A stretch of 64,000 nt of DNA, from positions 1,678,893 to 1,742,892 of the forward strand of contig OY776562.1 in NCBI GenBank assembly GCA_963675785.1, in the 5' to 3' direction. The notes beneath the pieces were generated by a model. The model was not told the origin of the DNA. It saw only the letters and a list, made by a program, of their open reading frames with translations, and did not search any database. The stretch's first letter is position 1. The number at the start of each line of letters is the position of its first letter. Positions 17,914 to 28,056 of this stretch are shown piece by piece. The position numbers were made by a program, and so were the translations under genes. This stretch comes from Anaerolineae bacterium (GTDB lineage: Bacteria > Chloroflexota > Anaerolineae > UBA1429).

Positions 17914-18513
17914 CTACTCAACTTGCAAGAGATAATCCATAACCGCCCAGAGTTTTTGGCCAGAATAGACAATTTCTGCCCAGGTATAACCATCAGCTGT
18001 AGCGGTGTTAGAGGTAGCATTGAGGATAGTGCCACGCGGGGCTATAGTCACCACATCGTAGGCAGTGCCCGCTCCCTCACGCAGCTTGAGTCCATAATAG
18101 GCTGTTACCTTGTACTGCACAGCACCATCGGGGGTAGCGGTCTCATCAGGCATATCCTCATAGCCGCTCAAATACTCGGCGGCACAAAAGCCCTCATATT
18201 GCGTACCATTGCGTTCCGCATAGACATAGGCCCACCAAATACCATCATCATATACGGGGCCGGCACAGGGAAAAACCGTCTCTCCCTTGGCCAATACAAG
18301 AATAACCGAATCGGAGGTGCTGGGGCCCTCACGCAGGCGCAACCCCAGGCTAGAAACCGTCGCAGTAGAAGCATCCGCGACTGTATCCGAACTGATGGTG
18401 GTGGTCCCTACATCGCCTGGCATAGGGCGTGGCGGTGCCGCTGAGACATTCAGCGGTGTAATCAGCATAGCAACCAGCGCCATGATCAATATGATGAGCC
18501 GAAGAAACTTCAT
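17914..18513 (-). CDS. Secreted protein with two bacterial SH3 (SH3b) domains
   Basis: Signal peptide MKFLRLIILIMALVAMLITPLNVSA. Two repeats of GLxLREGxxTxxxVxxxxxxG. Start chosen at MKFL; the ORF track starts 8 codons upstream. Confidence 0.6.
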   Translation of the reverse strand: MKFLRLIILIMALVAMLITPLNVSAAPPRPMPGDVGTTTISSDTVADASTATVSSLGLRLREGPSTSDSVILVLAKGETVFPCAGPVYDDGIWWAYVYAERNGTQYEGFCAAEYLSGYEDMPDETATPDGAVQYKVTAYYGLKLREGAGTAYDVVTIAPRGTILNATSNTATADGYTWAEIVYSGQKLWAVMDYLLQVE

Positions 18514-18842
18514 TTTACGACTCCTTGTGTCAGCCAATATAACAGTGCACCATTCTAGCCACGATCAGAGTTTCAAAGGGCGATTCCATGTCAACAATGT
18601 AACATCGGCCGGGTTGTCGGTCAAGGTCACTAAGCGCCCTCTCTCGACACAAAGCATGCTTTCAAACAGTGGAACTCTTGAAATAAACAAAGCGTCGTGA
18701 AAAAAGAGTGATCGTAGTTGACGGATAGGCTCTGGCTTGATAGGATGACACTAGTGTCGCAGACGGACACAGGTGCACAAGGCACAGACTGCAATCTTCA
18801 AGCGCTGAGGATTGCGGTTGACTTGCGAGGACGGAGGAAGAG

Positions 18843-20177
18843 ATGGATCAAAGGAAAAACACGCGGCTCTGGTTTTGGGGAACATTCGCCCTGGCCTTGA
18901 TGCTCATCGTTCTGCCTACGGGCATTGCCAACGCCCTAGAGGGATACCAGATATTCATCCCCGAGCTCCACAAAGACCCAACTCCCACACCAGACCCTGG
19001 CTGGAAGATAGAGTATTTCAACAACCTCGATCTTTCGGGGTCCGCCGTTTTGACAACCTATGCAGACGTTACTGCACCTGCTTATGACTGGGGTGAAAAC
19101 GCTCCCGCTTCTGGCGTCAATGCTGACTATTTCTCCGCTCGCATGTCGCGCAATGTCACCTTTGAAGCTGGCAACTATCAGATCTGCCTTTCTATGGATG
19201 ACATGGGGCGTCTTTGGATCGATGGTACCCTGGTGATTGACCAGTGGGCTACCGGATCAGACCGCGGTATTCAAACCAAAGTATGGGAAGGTTATCTGAG
19301 TGGCGGAAGTCACGAGATCGTCATCGAATATCGCGACTATACCAAAGAGGCCCGAGTTCGCCTAGTCTGGTTCAACAAAGACGTTTACTCTGGGTGGAAG
19401 GCCGAATACTTTAACAATGACAGCGTCAGCGGCGATCCCGTCTTGGTTCAGAATGAAACGACACTCTACCATGACTGGAATGATGGCAGTCCCAGCTCCG
19501 CCATCAACAATGATTATTTCTCGGCACGCTATACCAAAGCTGTCTATATTGAAGATGGTGGCATGTACGTCTTCCAGGTCATGGGGGACGATGGTGCGCG
19601 TGTATGGATCGATAGCTGGACAGACCCGAGTGACCCCAGTATCGATTGTTGGGAGGGCAACCCCAGCACCACTATCTCTAACGTCGAGATTCTAGATCCG
19701 GGATGGTATCTGATCACCGTCGAATATCACGAGTTCACTTCAAGTGCCGAGTTTGCCTTTAGCCAAACTTATGGCGCCACCACTTATGGGTACCGAGTCG
19801 AGTATTACGACAATGCGAACCTCGAAGGCGACCCTGTGCTGGTGCAAGATGAATATCCCGAATCCACTAGTCAGTATGACCTCGAGTACATCTGGACCAA
19901 CGGATCCCCCGTAGACGCAGTCTCAGATGACTATTTCTCGATGCGCTGGACACACACGTTGGAGCTTGCGCCGGGATCATACACTTTCCGGGCTCATATC
20001 GATGACGGCTGTCGCATCTATATCGATGGCAGGTTGATTTTGGATGCCTGGGAAGGCAAATCCATGAGTTGGGTATACGCAACAACCGAGCTCTATGGCG
20101 ACGATCACGCTCTGGTACTCGAATACAACGAGCTAGCAGGCGATGCCCATGTTACTTTTGACTGGTACAAGAACTAG
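18843..20177 (+). CDS. Secreted protein with three tandem PA14 domains
   Basis: Signal/TM segment, then three repeats each carrying W/YK/R-x-EYF/YNN…SGDPV…DYFSxR (PA14 hallmarks). Confidence 0.7.
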   Translation: MDQRKNTRLWFWGTFALALMLIVLPTGIANALEGYQIFIPELHKDPTPTPDPGWKIEYFNNLDLSGSAVLTTYADVTAPAYDWGENAPASGVNADYFSARMSRNVTFEAGNYQICLSMDDMGRLWIDGTLVIDQWATGSDRGIQTKVWEGYLSGGSHEIVIEYRDYTKEARVRLVWFNKDVYSGWKAEYFNNDSVSGDPVLVQNETTLYHDWNDGSPSSAINNDYFSARYTKAVYIEDGGMYVFQVMGDDGARVWIDSWTDPSDPSIDCWEGNPSTTISNVEILDPGWYLITVEYHEFTSSAEFAFSQTYGATTYGYRVEYYDNANLEGDPVLVQDEYPESTSQYDLEYIWTNGSPVDAVSDDYFSMRWTHTLELAPGSYTFRAHIDDGCRIYIDGRLILDAWEGKSMSWVYATTELYGDDHALVLEYNELAGDAHVTFDWYKN

Positions 20178-20206
20178 GGCACTAACCAATAGACAAGTTT
20201 CGTTCA

Positions 20207-20240
20207 ACAAAGCGCGGCATTAGCCGCGCTTTGTTCTTTG
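20207..20240 (+). terminator. Rho-independent terminator of the PA14 gene
   Basis: AAAGCGCGGC-atta-GCCGCGCTTT, then a T-rich tract. Confidence 0.75.
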
Positions 20241-20263
20241 CTCAGCCCGATATCTACATGCAA

Positions 20264-20296
20264 ACAAAAAAGGCGGGGCATGATGCCCCGCCTTTC
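20264..20296 (-). terminator. Rho-independent terminator of the hybrid kinase gene
   Basis: GGCGGGGCATGATGCCCCGCC palindrome with an A-run on the plus strand (U-run on minus). Confidence 0.7.
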
Positions 20297-20305
20297 ATCA
20301 AACGT

Positions 20306-23300
20306 TTAATTGAGCACCGATTCAAGTGCGGTAGCCAATGCCGATGGGGTAAAGGGCTTGCTCACAAAGTAGGCTCCCTGGGCGATGACTTGCTGAGCAA
20401 CCGCCGAATTATCGCCATAACCCGACATGTAGATCACTGGCAGGCCGGGCATATCCCTAACAAGGCGCTCGTACAAACTGGCCGAAGAGAGTCCGGGCAA
20501 TACCACATCAGTGAGCAGCACATCGATCTTGCCAGAAACCGGTGCAAGTTCCAGAGCCATCTCGGCGTCTTCGGCAGCGATAACGCGACAACCCAGGCGC
20601 TCAAGCATACGCGTGGCCAGAATGCGCACATCGGATTCATCTTCAACCAACAACACCGTACGTTGTTCACCCTCCTGCAAAGAGTCAACCTGAGAGATAG
20701 TAGGGGTCGGTTTGACAGGAGCCGTCAACACATCCGATACAAGCGGCAGGTAAACATCAAAGGTAGTGCCCTTGCCAGACTCTGAGTGAGCCTCGATGTA
20801 TCCATCGGCCTGGGTAATGATGGCGTACACTGTAGCCAGCCCCAGCCCCGTACCCTCGCCAATATCCTTGGTGGTAAAGAAGGGCTCGAACATGTGCTCC
20901 ATAACTTCGGGAGTCATACCAACCCCCGTATCCGAAACGGAAAGCCGTGCAAAAGCTCGTGTACCAGTGGCTTTATCGCAAAGAGCATCGGGGAGATCGC
21001 TCGATTCAACACGGTGCAGTGAGAGGTTCAATTTGCCGCCATTGGGCATGGCGTCGCGGGCATTCACAGCCAGGCTAACCACAGCCTGTTGTAGTTGAGC
21101 AACATCTATGAGCACAGGGAGCGGTTCTCCCGCCAGATCCAGCACCAACTCAATGCGTTCATCGAGGACAGAACCGACAAACTGCCGGGCCCGTTCCATC
21201 TCATGATTCAAATCGATCCGCCGAACGCTAAGTACGCGCTGGCGCCCGAATTCAAGCAGTTGGCCAGTCAATTCCGCTGCACGCATGCCAGCATTGAGAA
21301 TGGCCAGCACGTCCTCACGTTGAGGATCATCACCCGGCATGCTGCTCAGCAAAAACTGGCTGTACCCGTTGATTACAGTAAGCAAGTTGTTATAGTGGTG
21401 AGCAATGCCGCCAGCGAGCTGGCCAAGGCTCTCCATCTTGCTGGAAATGCGGAATTGCCGTTCATATTCGCGCCTGGGGGTAATATCCCGAGCGATGCCC
21501 ATTACACTTTTGGCCTCTCCGTCCGACGCACGATACACAGACACTTTGGCCTCCATCATAGCCTCTCGCCCCGTCTTCGTTTGCAGTGCCAACTCCAACG
21601 TGAGTTCACGATTGGTCGGCGAAAGCAGTAGTGCCGATACAGCAGCGTTTGCCGTGTCTCGCGAAGAAGGCGAGATAATCTCAAATACACTCGTGCCCAC
21701 CAGCTCTTTGGGGATATAACCCAGAATTCGCTCAACCGAGGGGGCGACAAAAGTCAGAATGCCCTCGGGTGTGCATGACCAGACAATATCACTAGTGCCT
21801 TCGGCGTAGAGGCGATAACGCGCTTCGCTCTCTTCGAGAGCGCGCACGCGCAAGCGGTGGCTTACAGAAGCACCTAGTTGAATGGCAACAGTACGCATAA
21901 AAGCTGCATCATCTGCCGAATAGGCTTTTTCGGATGTGTAACTCTGGATAGCAACCACGCCATAGGGCTGGCCATCTTCGACCAAGGGGGTACCAATATA
22001 AATACGCGGCACTCTGCCGCGAGCCTTGATGACGCCCTCGCCGGCCAGCTTGCGAATCTCGGGGTCGGTAAGAACAACCTGATCGCCCTTTTCGATAACG
22101 TATTCGGTGATGCCGCGATCAGAAGATCGACAAAGATTGGCGTTCATATCCGGCACGGCCAGGTTGGATTCAACATAATAGGGAAAACTGACCGCATTAT
22201 CTTCTACATCATACAAAGCAAGGTAGAGATTGGGAACCCGTATGGTACACTCTAGGTGGCTGTGCACCACCGCCATTAGCCCAGCTATTGTTTTGCAAGA
22301 TGCGCCCGCCTCACAGATGGCATACAATACCTGATCCCGCAAGGCTTTCTCGTAACGGCGCTCTTCCAACGCCAGCGCTACTTCGGTTTCGCGCAGCAGG
22401 TTGACCTCGTGGTGCGTAGGAGTTTTATGATTGTCGAAAACCAGCCCAATCGCACCCTTTTTGTCGCGGTCTGCCTGAACACGGCGCGCACAATAAAGGA
22501 AAGGTCCCTGTACACCCTGGATGCCCTCAGTCAATACTTGAGGAAGTACCACGTCACGCAGAATCATTAGCCCATTGCTAGCTGCCAACGAAGAGGGAAG
22601 TTGCCCTGCACCATCCATTAAAATGCTGAAATCTGGCAGGATCTCATCCACATCTCTTTGAGAGATCAATGTATCACCAGACAAGCCTCGCTCGTACACG
22701 GCGCAAAGCGCACCTGAAGCCAGGCGCAATTCACGCAGTATGGTCTGCATATTGGTGAGGGAATCAGAAGTAAGATGATCCCAACAGCCCTCGAGCACCG
22801 TCCGCATCCTCTCACCGCCAACAGATTCGCTAAGCGAATCCACCGGAGCAGAAACACTGAGGATAGCTAAAACGGTGCCCTGAGCATCACGGAGGGGAAG
22901 TTTGCATGTGCTAACCGAACAGGCATACCCATCAAAGTTGAGCGTTTGGGGTAAACATCGGAATTCACCAGTTGTCGTAACAATGGTATCGGCATCAGCA
23001 AGTACGCCCAAACGGAATGTGTATTCGGCCTTGTTTGTATTTTGCAGGTAAGCATCACATTCGGGACTACAGGCCAAAAGTTGCCCCGATGTATCTGCCA
23101 CATACGCGACTGTATCGAGACTGCGCACCAGATCGCAGTACCAACTCAGTTCTGGGTCGAGGGTAATCGGATCTTTTTTAATATCAACAGGCAGAGGATT
23201 GACCTGAATGCTCAGTGAGTGCATCCCCTGAGTATCCGTCGTGAATTCGACAGTGAATTGATAAGCAACCCCATCCTCAGCACGAACGACACCCTGTCTC

Positions 23301-23455
23301 GTTTGTCCCGATTCGGCAGCAGCACGCGCTGCATCTTGCACCGCTTTGCATACCGAAAGGGGCCAATCACAAGATTCGATGGCGGCCAAAACCGCGTCAA
23401 GGTCTGCAACTTGATTGTTCTGCCTGAGAGAACGTTTACTCACCGATACCACCAA
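20306..23455 (-). CDS. Hybrid sensor histidine kinase (GAF/PAS sensory domains, HisKA, HATPase_c, C-terminal REC receiver)
   Basis: HisKA H-box (GGIAHHYNNLLTVINGY), ATPase G-boxes, and a C-terminal receiver (VLLVEDESDVRILA…LLTDVVLPG…). Confidence 0.85.
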   Translation of the reverse strand: MVVSVSKRSLRQNNQVADLDAVLAAIESCDWPLSVCKAVQDAARAAAESGQTRQGVVRAEDGVAYQFTVEFTTDTQGMHSLSIQVNPLPVDIKKDPITLDPELSWYCDLVRSLDTVAYVADTSGQLLACSPECDAYLQNTNKAEYTFRLGVLADADTIVTTTGEFRCLPQTLNFDGYACSVSTCKLPLRDAQGTVLAILSVSAPVDSLSESVGGERMRTVLEGCWDHLTSDSLTNMQTILRELRLASGALCAVYERGLSGDTLISQRDVDEILPDFSILMDGAGQLPSSLAASNGLMILRDVVLPQVLTEGIQGVQGPFLYCARRVQADRDKKGAIGLVFDNHKTPTHHEVNLLRETEVALALEERRYEKALRDQVLYAICEAGASCKTIAGLMAVVHSHLECTIRVPNLYLALYDVEDNAVSFPYYVESNLAVPDMNANLCRSSDRGITEYVIEKGDQVVLTDPEIRKLAGEGVIKARGRVPRIYIGTPLVEDGQPYGVVAIQSYTSEKAYSADDAAFMRTVAIQLGASVSHRLRVRALEESEARYRLYAEGTSDIVWSCTPEGILTFVAPSVERILGYIPKELVGTSVFEIISPSSRDTANAAVSALLLSPTNRELTLELALQTKTGREAMMEAKVSVYRASDGEAKSVMGIARDITPRREYERQFRISSKMESLGQLAGGIAHHYNNLLTVINGYSQFLLSSMPGDDPQREDVLAILNAGMRAAELTGQLLEFGRQRVLSVRRIDLNHEMERARQFVGSVLDERIELVLDLAGEPLPVLIDVAQLQQAVVSLAVNARDAMPNGGKLNLSLHRVESSDLPDALCDKATGTRAFARLSVSDTGVGMTPEVMEHMFEPFFTTKDIGEGTGLGLATVYAIITQADGYIEAHSESGKGTTFDVYLPLVSDVLTAPVKPTPTISQVDSLQEGEQRTVLLVEDESDVRILATRMLERLGCRVIAAEDAEMALELAPVSGKIDVLLTDVVLPGLSSASLYERLVRDMPGLPVIYMSGYGDNSAVAQQVIAQGAYFVSKPFTPSALATALESVLN

Positions 23456-23682
23456 TCAGGCTATCCAGAAGAGATTCGCAGCAACGCTACGTATCGTTTG
23501 CATGTATCTAGTTACATTTTAACGACATAATTGCATATATCCGTAAACAATGAGTGAAGTACTCATTAAGTATTCCTATATATTGGTGTTCGTGTTGCCT
23601 CTACAATGGCACCCATATAGAATAACACAGGTACATGGTGGTTACTATTTAAAGCGCAAGATACTGAAAAAGGCAAAATGAC

Positions 23683-24519
23683 GTGAGTGCAAACAATTCC
23701 CAACTTTCGATGACGACAGACTATGCCTCTAGCTTGGGGAGCCCCCTACCCGCGTTGGAGCGCATCGCGCAGGCGGGCTTTACTCATATCCACTGGTGTC
23801 ATCAATGGAACACGGATTTTGTGTACACAGAACCCGAGATCGAACAGATCAAGCGTTGGATGAAAGAGCTGAATTTGCTGATGTGCGATCTGCACGCCTC
23901 TGCCGGCAGAGAGAAATGCTGGTATTCGTCTGAGGAATACGAACGTCAAGCTGGCGTACTACTGGTAGAAAATCGCCTGCGCATGACAGCCGAACTCGGC
24001 GGCGATGTGATCATCATGCACGCCCCCGCCGCTCCACTAGATGAGGAGACCGCCCAAATCTACTGGGATGCCCTATGGCGTTCAATAGATGCGCTAGCCC
24101 CCTGTTCGCAGAAGACAGGCGTGCGTATTGCTGTGGAAAACGGCAGCCCCGACCAGTGGGACACCATTCGGCGTGTGTTGGAACGCTATCCTGCAGATTA
24201 CATTGGGCTTTGCTATGATTGCGGCCATGGCAACCTGAGCGAAGAAGGGCTAACCTTGGCCGAGAAATACGCCAGCCGGCTCATATCGGTTCATCTTCAC
24301 GACAATGACGGCGCAGGTGATCAGCATAATCTCATCTACAGCGGCACCATCAACTGGGATCGTCTGGCCAAAATGATTGCCGGATCAACTTATGTCAAGC
24401 CGCTCAGTTTTGAGCTATCGATCAAGAATACCGGCTATACCAATGAGGAAGCACTGCTGGCCGAAGCCATGCGTCGAGGCCTTGACCTGGACAAAAAGGT
24501 CGCATCCTATCGCGCTTGA
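23683..24519 (+). CDS. Sugar-phosphate isomerase/epimerase (xylose-isomerase-like TIM barrel, AP-endonuclease-2 family)
   Basis: …VENGSPDQWDT… and …SVHLHDNDG… motifs. Confidence 0.7.
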   Translation: MSANNSQLSMTTDYASSLGSPLPALERIAQAGFTHIHWCHQWNTDFVYTEPEIEQIKRWMKELNLLMCDLHASAGREKCWYSSEEYERQAGVLLVENRLRMTAELGGDVIIMHAPAAPLDEETAQIYWDALWRSIDALAPCSQKTGVRIAVENGSPDQWDTIRRVLERYPADYIGLCYDCGHGNLSEEGLTLAEKYASRLISVHLHDNDGAGDQHNLIYSGTINWDRLAKMIAGSTYVKPLSFELSIKNTGYTNEEALLAEAMRRGLDLDKKVASYRA

Positions 24520-24577
24520 CAAAAGCATTGGCTGAGCTTTAACATAAATAGCAAAGTTGAACCAGGAGGCAAGGCAG

Positions 24578-24832
24578 ATGGCACGTATGAGCAAGAACCT
24601 CGAAACCCAGTGTAAAGATCACCCTCGAACCTGGGTGAACCTCATTGTAGGTATTTCGGGTGATGCTGGCGAGCACGTTCAAGCAATGGAAAAGCGCGGC
24701 GTTCAGATTCAGCGTCGCTTTCGACTTACAGGCAAGGTGGGCGTCAAAGCCACTGGCAAGATGGTCCTGGAACTCGCCCAGGCCCCATGGGTTACATCTA
24801 TTGAAGAAGACAAGCCTGTTCACGCCCTCTAG
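24578..24832 (+). CDS. Stand-alone peptidase-inhibitor-I9 (subtilisin propeptide)-like protein
   Basis: About 84 aa ending …GKMVLELAQAPWVTSIEEDKPVHAL, like an I9 C-terminus. ATG 24578 with AGGAGG 8 nt upstream; the ORF track starts at a TTG at 24557. Confidence 0.45.
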   Translation: MARMSKNLETQCKDHPRTWVNLIVGISGDAGEHVQAMEKRGVQIQRRFRLTGKVGVKATGKMVLELAQAPWVTSIEEDKPVHAL

Positions 24833-24846
24833 CGGAGGTACGCCTT

Positions 24847-26148
24847 GTGTCTGACTCTCGGTCCAAGCTAACCCGAGGCCTGTATCTGTCTCTGTGCCAG
24901 GTCGAGGATGAACCCCGCCCTCCCAGTCTGCCCATCATCGTCGAATATGCTGACCATTTGACGGTACGGCGTAGCGCAGTGGCCGGAACCTTTTTTGCGC
25001 GATCCTTCCATTTGCTGCCGCTGGCAGCCATGCGAGCCACGCCTTCTGCCATTCGCGCATTGGAAGATGAACCCGAAGTTGTGCGCATTTATGAAGACCA
25101 GATGGTCTATGCCACGCTGGACTTTTCGGCGCCGCATATTAACGCGACACAAGCCTGGGATAGCGGTTATGATGGTTCAAACGTCAAGATTGCCATTATT
25201 GATACCGGCTTGGATGCCGACCATCCCGATTTTGCCGATCGCGTCATCGACATGGCCGACTTTACTGGTGAGGGACACGGCGACCTGAACGGACACGGTA
25301 CCCATTGTGCCAGCATCGCCGCAGGATCGGGTCAGGCCAGTGAGGGCAAGTATCGCGGTATCGCTCCGGGCGCCCACATTTATGTAGGCAAAGCGCTGGA
25401 CCGCGATGGCGCAGGATCGATGAGCGATGTGATGACCGCTGTGGAATGGGCGGTTGATGCCGGTGTCGACGTCATCAGCCTTTCGTTGGGCAGCCCTGGC
25501 CCCTCTGATGGCACTGATGCCCTGAGTGAGATTTGCGATGCCGCCGTCGATGCGGGTGTAGCCGTCTGTGTCGCGGCAGGCAACGAAGGCCCGGAACCTT
25601 ATACTGTTGGCAGCCCCGGCGCTGCCAAAAATGCCATCACGGTGGGTGCGGCCAGTGACCTGGACCGTATTGCCTCGTTTTCGTCGCGCGGGCCCACTGC
25701 CGATGGACGGCAAAAGCCGGATATTATCTTTCCCGGTGTCGAGATCACCGCAGCACGAGCCAACAGTACCTATATGGGCTCGATTGTGGATGATATGTAT
25801 ACCTCAGCCTCCGGCACTAGCATGGCTACGCCGCATTGCGCAGGAGCCTGTGCACTCATCATTCAGGCTCATCCCGGCATTACACCCATAGAAATCAAGC
25901 AAGTACTGCTCGGCACTGCTGTAGATCTCGGTGCCGAAGGTAATGCCCAGGGTTACGGTCGCGCAGATGTATGGGAAGCGCTGCAGGCCGATATCTCAGA
26001 GCCACTACCGGAACCAGATCCCGATGAGCCAGATGAAAACGAACCCGACGATCCCTCTACCTCCAATCCGGGCTGCCTAGGATTGTTATTGGGCGCCTTG
26101 CCCGAAGAAGATGGCGAGACGACCCAAAGACGCCGATATGCTCGATAA
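24847..26148 (+). CDS. Subtilisin-like serine protease (peptidase S8) with N-terminal I9-like segment and acidic C-terminal tail
   Basis: Catalytic-triad motifs IAIIDTGLD (Asp), HGTHCAS (His), GTSMATPH (Ser). No signal peptide recognised. Confidence 0.85.
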   Translation: MSDSRSKLTRGLYLSLCQVEDEPRPPSLPIIVEYADHLTVRRSAVAGTFFARSFHLLPLAAMRATPSAIRALEDEPEVVRIYEDQMVYATLDFSAPHINATQAWDSGYDGSNVKIAIIDTGLDADHPDFADRVIDMADFTGEGHGDLNGHGTHCASIAAGSGQASEGKYRGIAPGAHIYVGKALDRDGAGSMSDVMTAVEWAVDAGVDVISLSLGSPGPSDGTDALSEICDAAVDAGVAVCVAAGNEGPEPYTVGSPGAAKNAITVGAASDLDRIASFSSRGPTADGRQKPDIIFPGVEITAARANSTYMGSIVDDMYTSASGTSMATPHCAGACALIIQAHPGITPIEIKQVLLGTAVDLGAEGNAQGYGRADVWEALQADISEPLPEPDPDEPDENEPDDPSTSNPGCLGLLLGALPEEDGETTQRRRYAR

Positions 26149-27331
26149 TCTGCGCAGAGAGGTAGAAGAGATGGGCAGGCCGCGCTGGCGGCCCATGCTG
26201 CGCTATGTCGCCGAGCTGCACGCCCGCAGTGTCCATCCACCCAGCCCTCCCTTTTCCCATTCCTGGGAAGAGATCGGCCCCGGCTATTGTTACGGACCTG
26301 CGTTTGGCCATCAGGATCTGATCTACCAAATTATTGATGTATTACCGGCTGAGCCCGAACACGCTCGCGAGCAGATTTTGAATAATTTAGAGAATCAACA
26401 GCCGGACGGACTGGTGCCGGGCAGTATCTGGGTTCGTGAAGACGGGCCAAAGTGGAGCACCACGGTGGGCAATCCGCCTATGTGGCCCATTGCCGTCAAA
26501 GCCTATGCCTCTCTTGTTGGTTCAGACGAACTCATTAGAACCTGTTTTGAGCCCCTCATGCGCCAGATTGGCTGGTTCGAAGCCAATCGCAAGGCCGACG
26601 ACGAGGGATACTATTATACTGACATTCTAACTCATCAGTGGGAAAGCGGGACGGACGAAGGTGTACGTTTCGATGATGTACCCCCCGGCAAGCTGGCCTG
26701 TATTGATGCAACCTCGCATTTGTACATGCTCTATGATATTGCCAGCCATTGGGCACTATGGATGGACGAACCCGTACGAGCACTCATGGAGCGAGCCCGC
26801 GTGCTGCGCGAATTCATTCAACGGCACATGTGGTGCGAAGAGCAGAACGCCTTTTTCGATATCTGGTCCGTTCGCCAGCCGCAATATCAACGCCTGACTT
26901 TCGAGGGCTTTTTCCCGCTTATTGTGGGAGCCGCCCTGCCCGAGCAAGCTAACCAGGTCATCGATGAGCATATTCTCAACCCCGATGAGTTCATGGGTGC
27001 GCACCCTATAGCCTCTGTGGCCATGAATGATCCCCATTTCGAGCTGCGCATGTGGCGCGGCCCCACATGGAACAGCATCAGCTATCTGACGGCGCGTGCC
27101 TGCCTGCGTTACGGTCGTAATGACGCCGCCAAGATGATCCTGACCCGGGCGCTGAACTCGGCATCTTCCGTTTTCGAACGCACTGGCACCATCTGGGAGT
27201 TTTACCACCCTCAAGGTGGGGATCCCGAAACGTTGGCGCGCAAACCGCAAACGGGCATCAATACACCCTGTAAGGACTATTTGGGGCACAACCCACTCAT
27301 CGCCATGGCTCGCCTTTGGGAAGTCTGTTGA
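26111..27331 (+). CDS. (alpha/alpha)6-barrel glycoside hydrolase, GH63/GH37 (trehalase/mannosylglycerate hydrolase)-like (tentative)
   Basis: Conserved-looking …TIWEFYHPQGG… and …GPTWNSISYL… segments. Start uncertain: internal ATGs at 26138 and 26171 are candidates. Overlaps the S8 gene tail by 38 nt. Confidence 0.5.
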   Translation: MARRPKDADMLDNLRREVEEMGRPRWRPMLRYVAELHARSVHPPSPPFSHSWEEIGPGYCYGPAFGHQDLIYQIIDVLPAEPEHAREQILNNLENQQPDGLVPGSIWVREDGPKWSTTVGNPPMWPIAVKAYASLVGSDELIRTCFEPLMRQIGWFEANRKADDEGYYYTDILTHQWESGTDEGVRFDDVPPGKLACIDATSHLYMLYDIASHWALWMDEPVRALMERARVLREFIQRHMWCEEQNAFFDIWSVRQPQYQRLTFEGFFPLIVGAALPEQANQVIDEHILNPDEFMGAHPIASVAMNDPHFELRMWRGPTWNSISYLTARACLRYGRNDAAKMILTRALNSASSVFERTGTIWEFYHPQGGDPETLARKPQTGINTPCKDYLGHNPLIAMARLWEVC

Positions 27332-27355
27332 TAGAACCCAATCAATCACCCCCTT

Positions 27356-27395
27356 CACTGCCTCAGACGCCCAGAGTCTCTGAGGCAGTGTTTTG
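27356..27395 (+). terminator. Rho-independent terminator after the GH63-like gene
   Basis: CACTGCCTCAGA-(11 nt)-TCTGAGGCAGTG then TTTTG. Confidence 0.7.
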
Positions 27396-27504
27396 AAAGG
27401 GTCGAAACCAAAGCATTGGATACGCGTAGAGTATACGTTAACTCAATAATACAGCTGACTGGATTCGAATCAGATCTGGTGAGGATCACCAAAATGGGGG
27501 AAAG

Positions 27505-27981
27505 ATGAAAGCACTGGTCGTTTATGACTCTGTCTTTGGCAACACGGAAAAAGTTGCACAGGCTATTGGGGAGACACTGGGTACAAGAGCGGAAACCGCA
27601 GTCGTGCGGGTAACCGAGATCAAACCAGAGCAGCTCACTGACATTGATCTGTTGATTGTAGGTTCACCAACGCGAGCCTTTCGCCCCATGCCAACCATCA
27701 AAGCATGGTACGGCGCATTGCCACTGGGTGCCCTAAGCGGCATCAAGGTAGCAGCTTTTGATACTCGTATCCGTCTGGAGGATACCACCTCTGGTTTCCT
27801 AAAAAGGATGAGCAAGTGGTTTGGGTATGCTGCTGAGCCCATGGCCAAAGCTTTGCAGCGCAAGGGCGGCATATTAGCAGCACCTCCAGCTGGCTTTGGT
27901 GTAGGAGACAGTGAAGGCCCCCTCAAAGAGGGTGAGCTAGAACGTGCCACCGCCTGGGCCGAGCAGGCCCTAAAAGCCTAA
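27505..27981 (+). CDS. Flavodoxin-domain protein
   Basis: MKALVVYDSVFGNTEKVAQ (flavodoxin FMN-binding loop). Confidence 0.7.
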   Translation: MKALVVYDSVFGNTEKVAQAIGETLGTRAETAVVRVTEIKPEQLTDIDLLIVGSPTRAFRPMPTIKAWYGALPLGALSGIKVAAFDTRIRLEDTTSGFLKRMSKWFGYAAEPMAKALQRKGGILAAPPAGFGVGDSEGPLKEGELERATAWAEQALKA

Positions 27982-28056
27982 CAAGGCAGAACCTGTCTTT
28001 CGGCGTTAGCCAAAGGCTCGCCTTACCGGGCAGATGCTTTGTCTGTTTGGCAAACG

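Noticed and set aside
23456-23682. AT-rich about 230-bp block between the divergent hybrid-kinase and isomerase genes, considered as a possible small RNA or mobile remnant
   Set aside because: No ORF, hairpin-plus-U-tract or repeat structure was seen. It is most simply a shared divergent promoter region.
25177-25713. 178-aa minus-strand ORF antisense to the subtilisin gene
   Set aside because: The sense strand carries the complete D/H/S catalytic motifs; the antisense product is low complexity.
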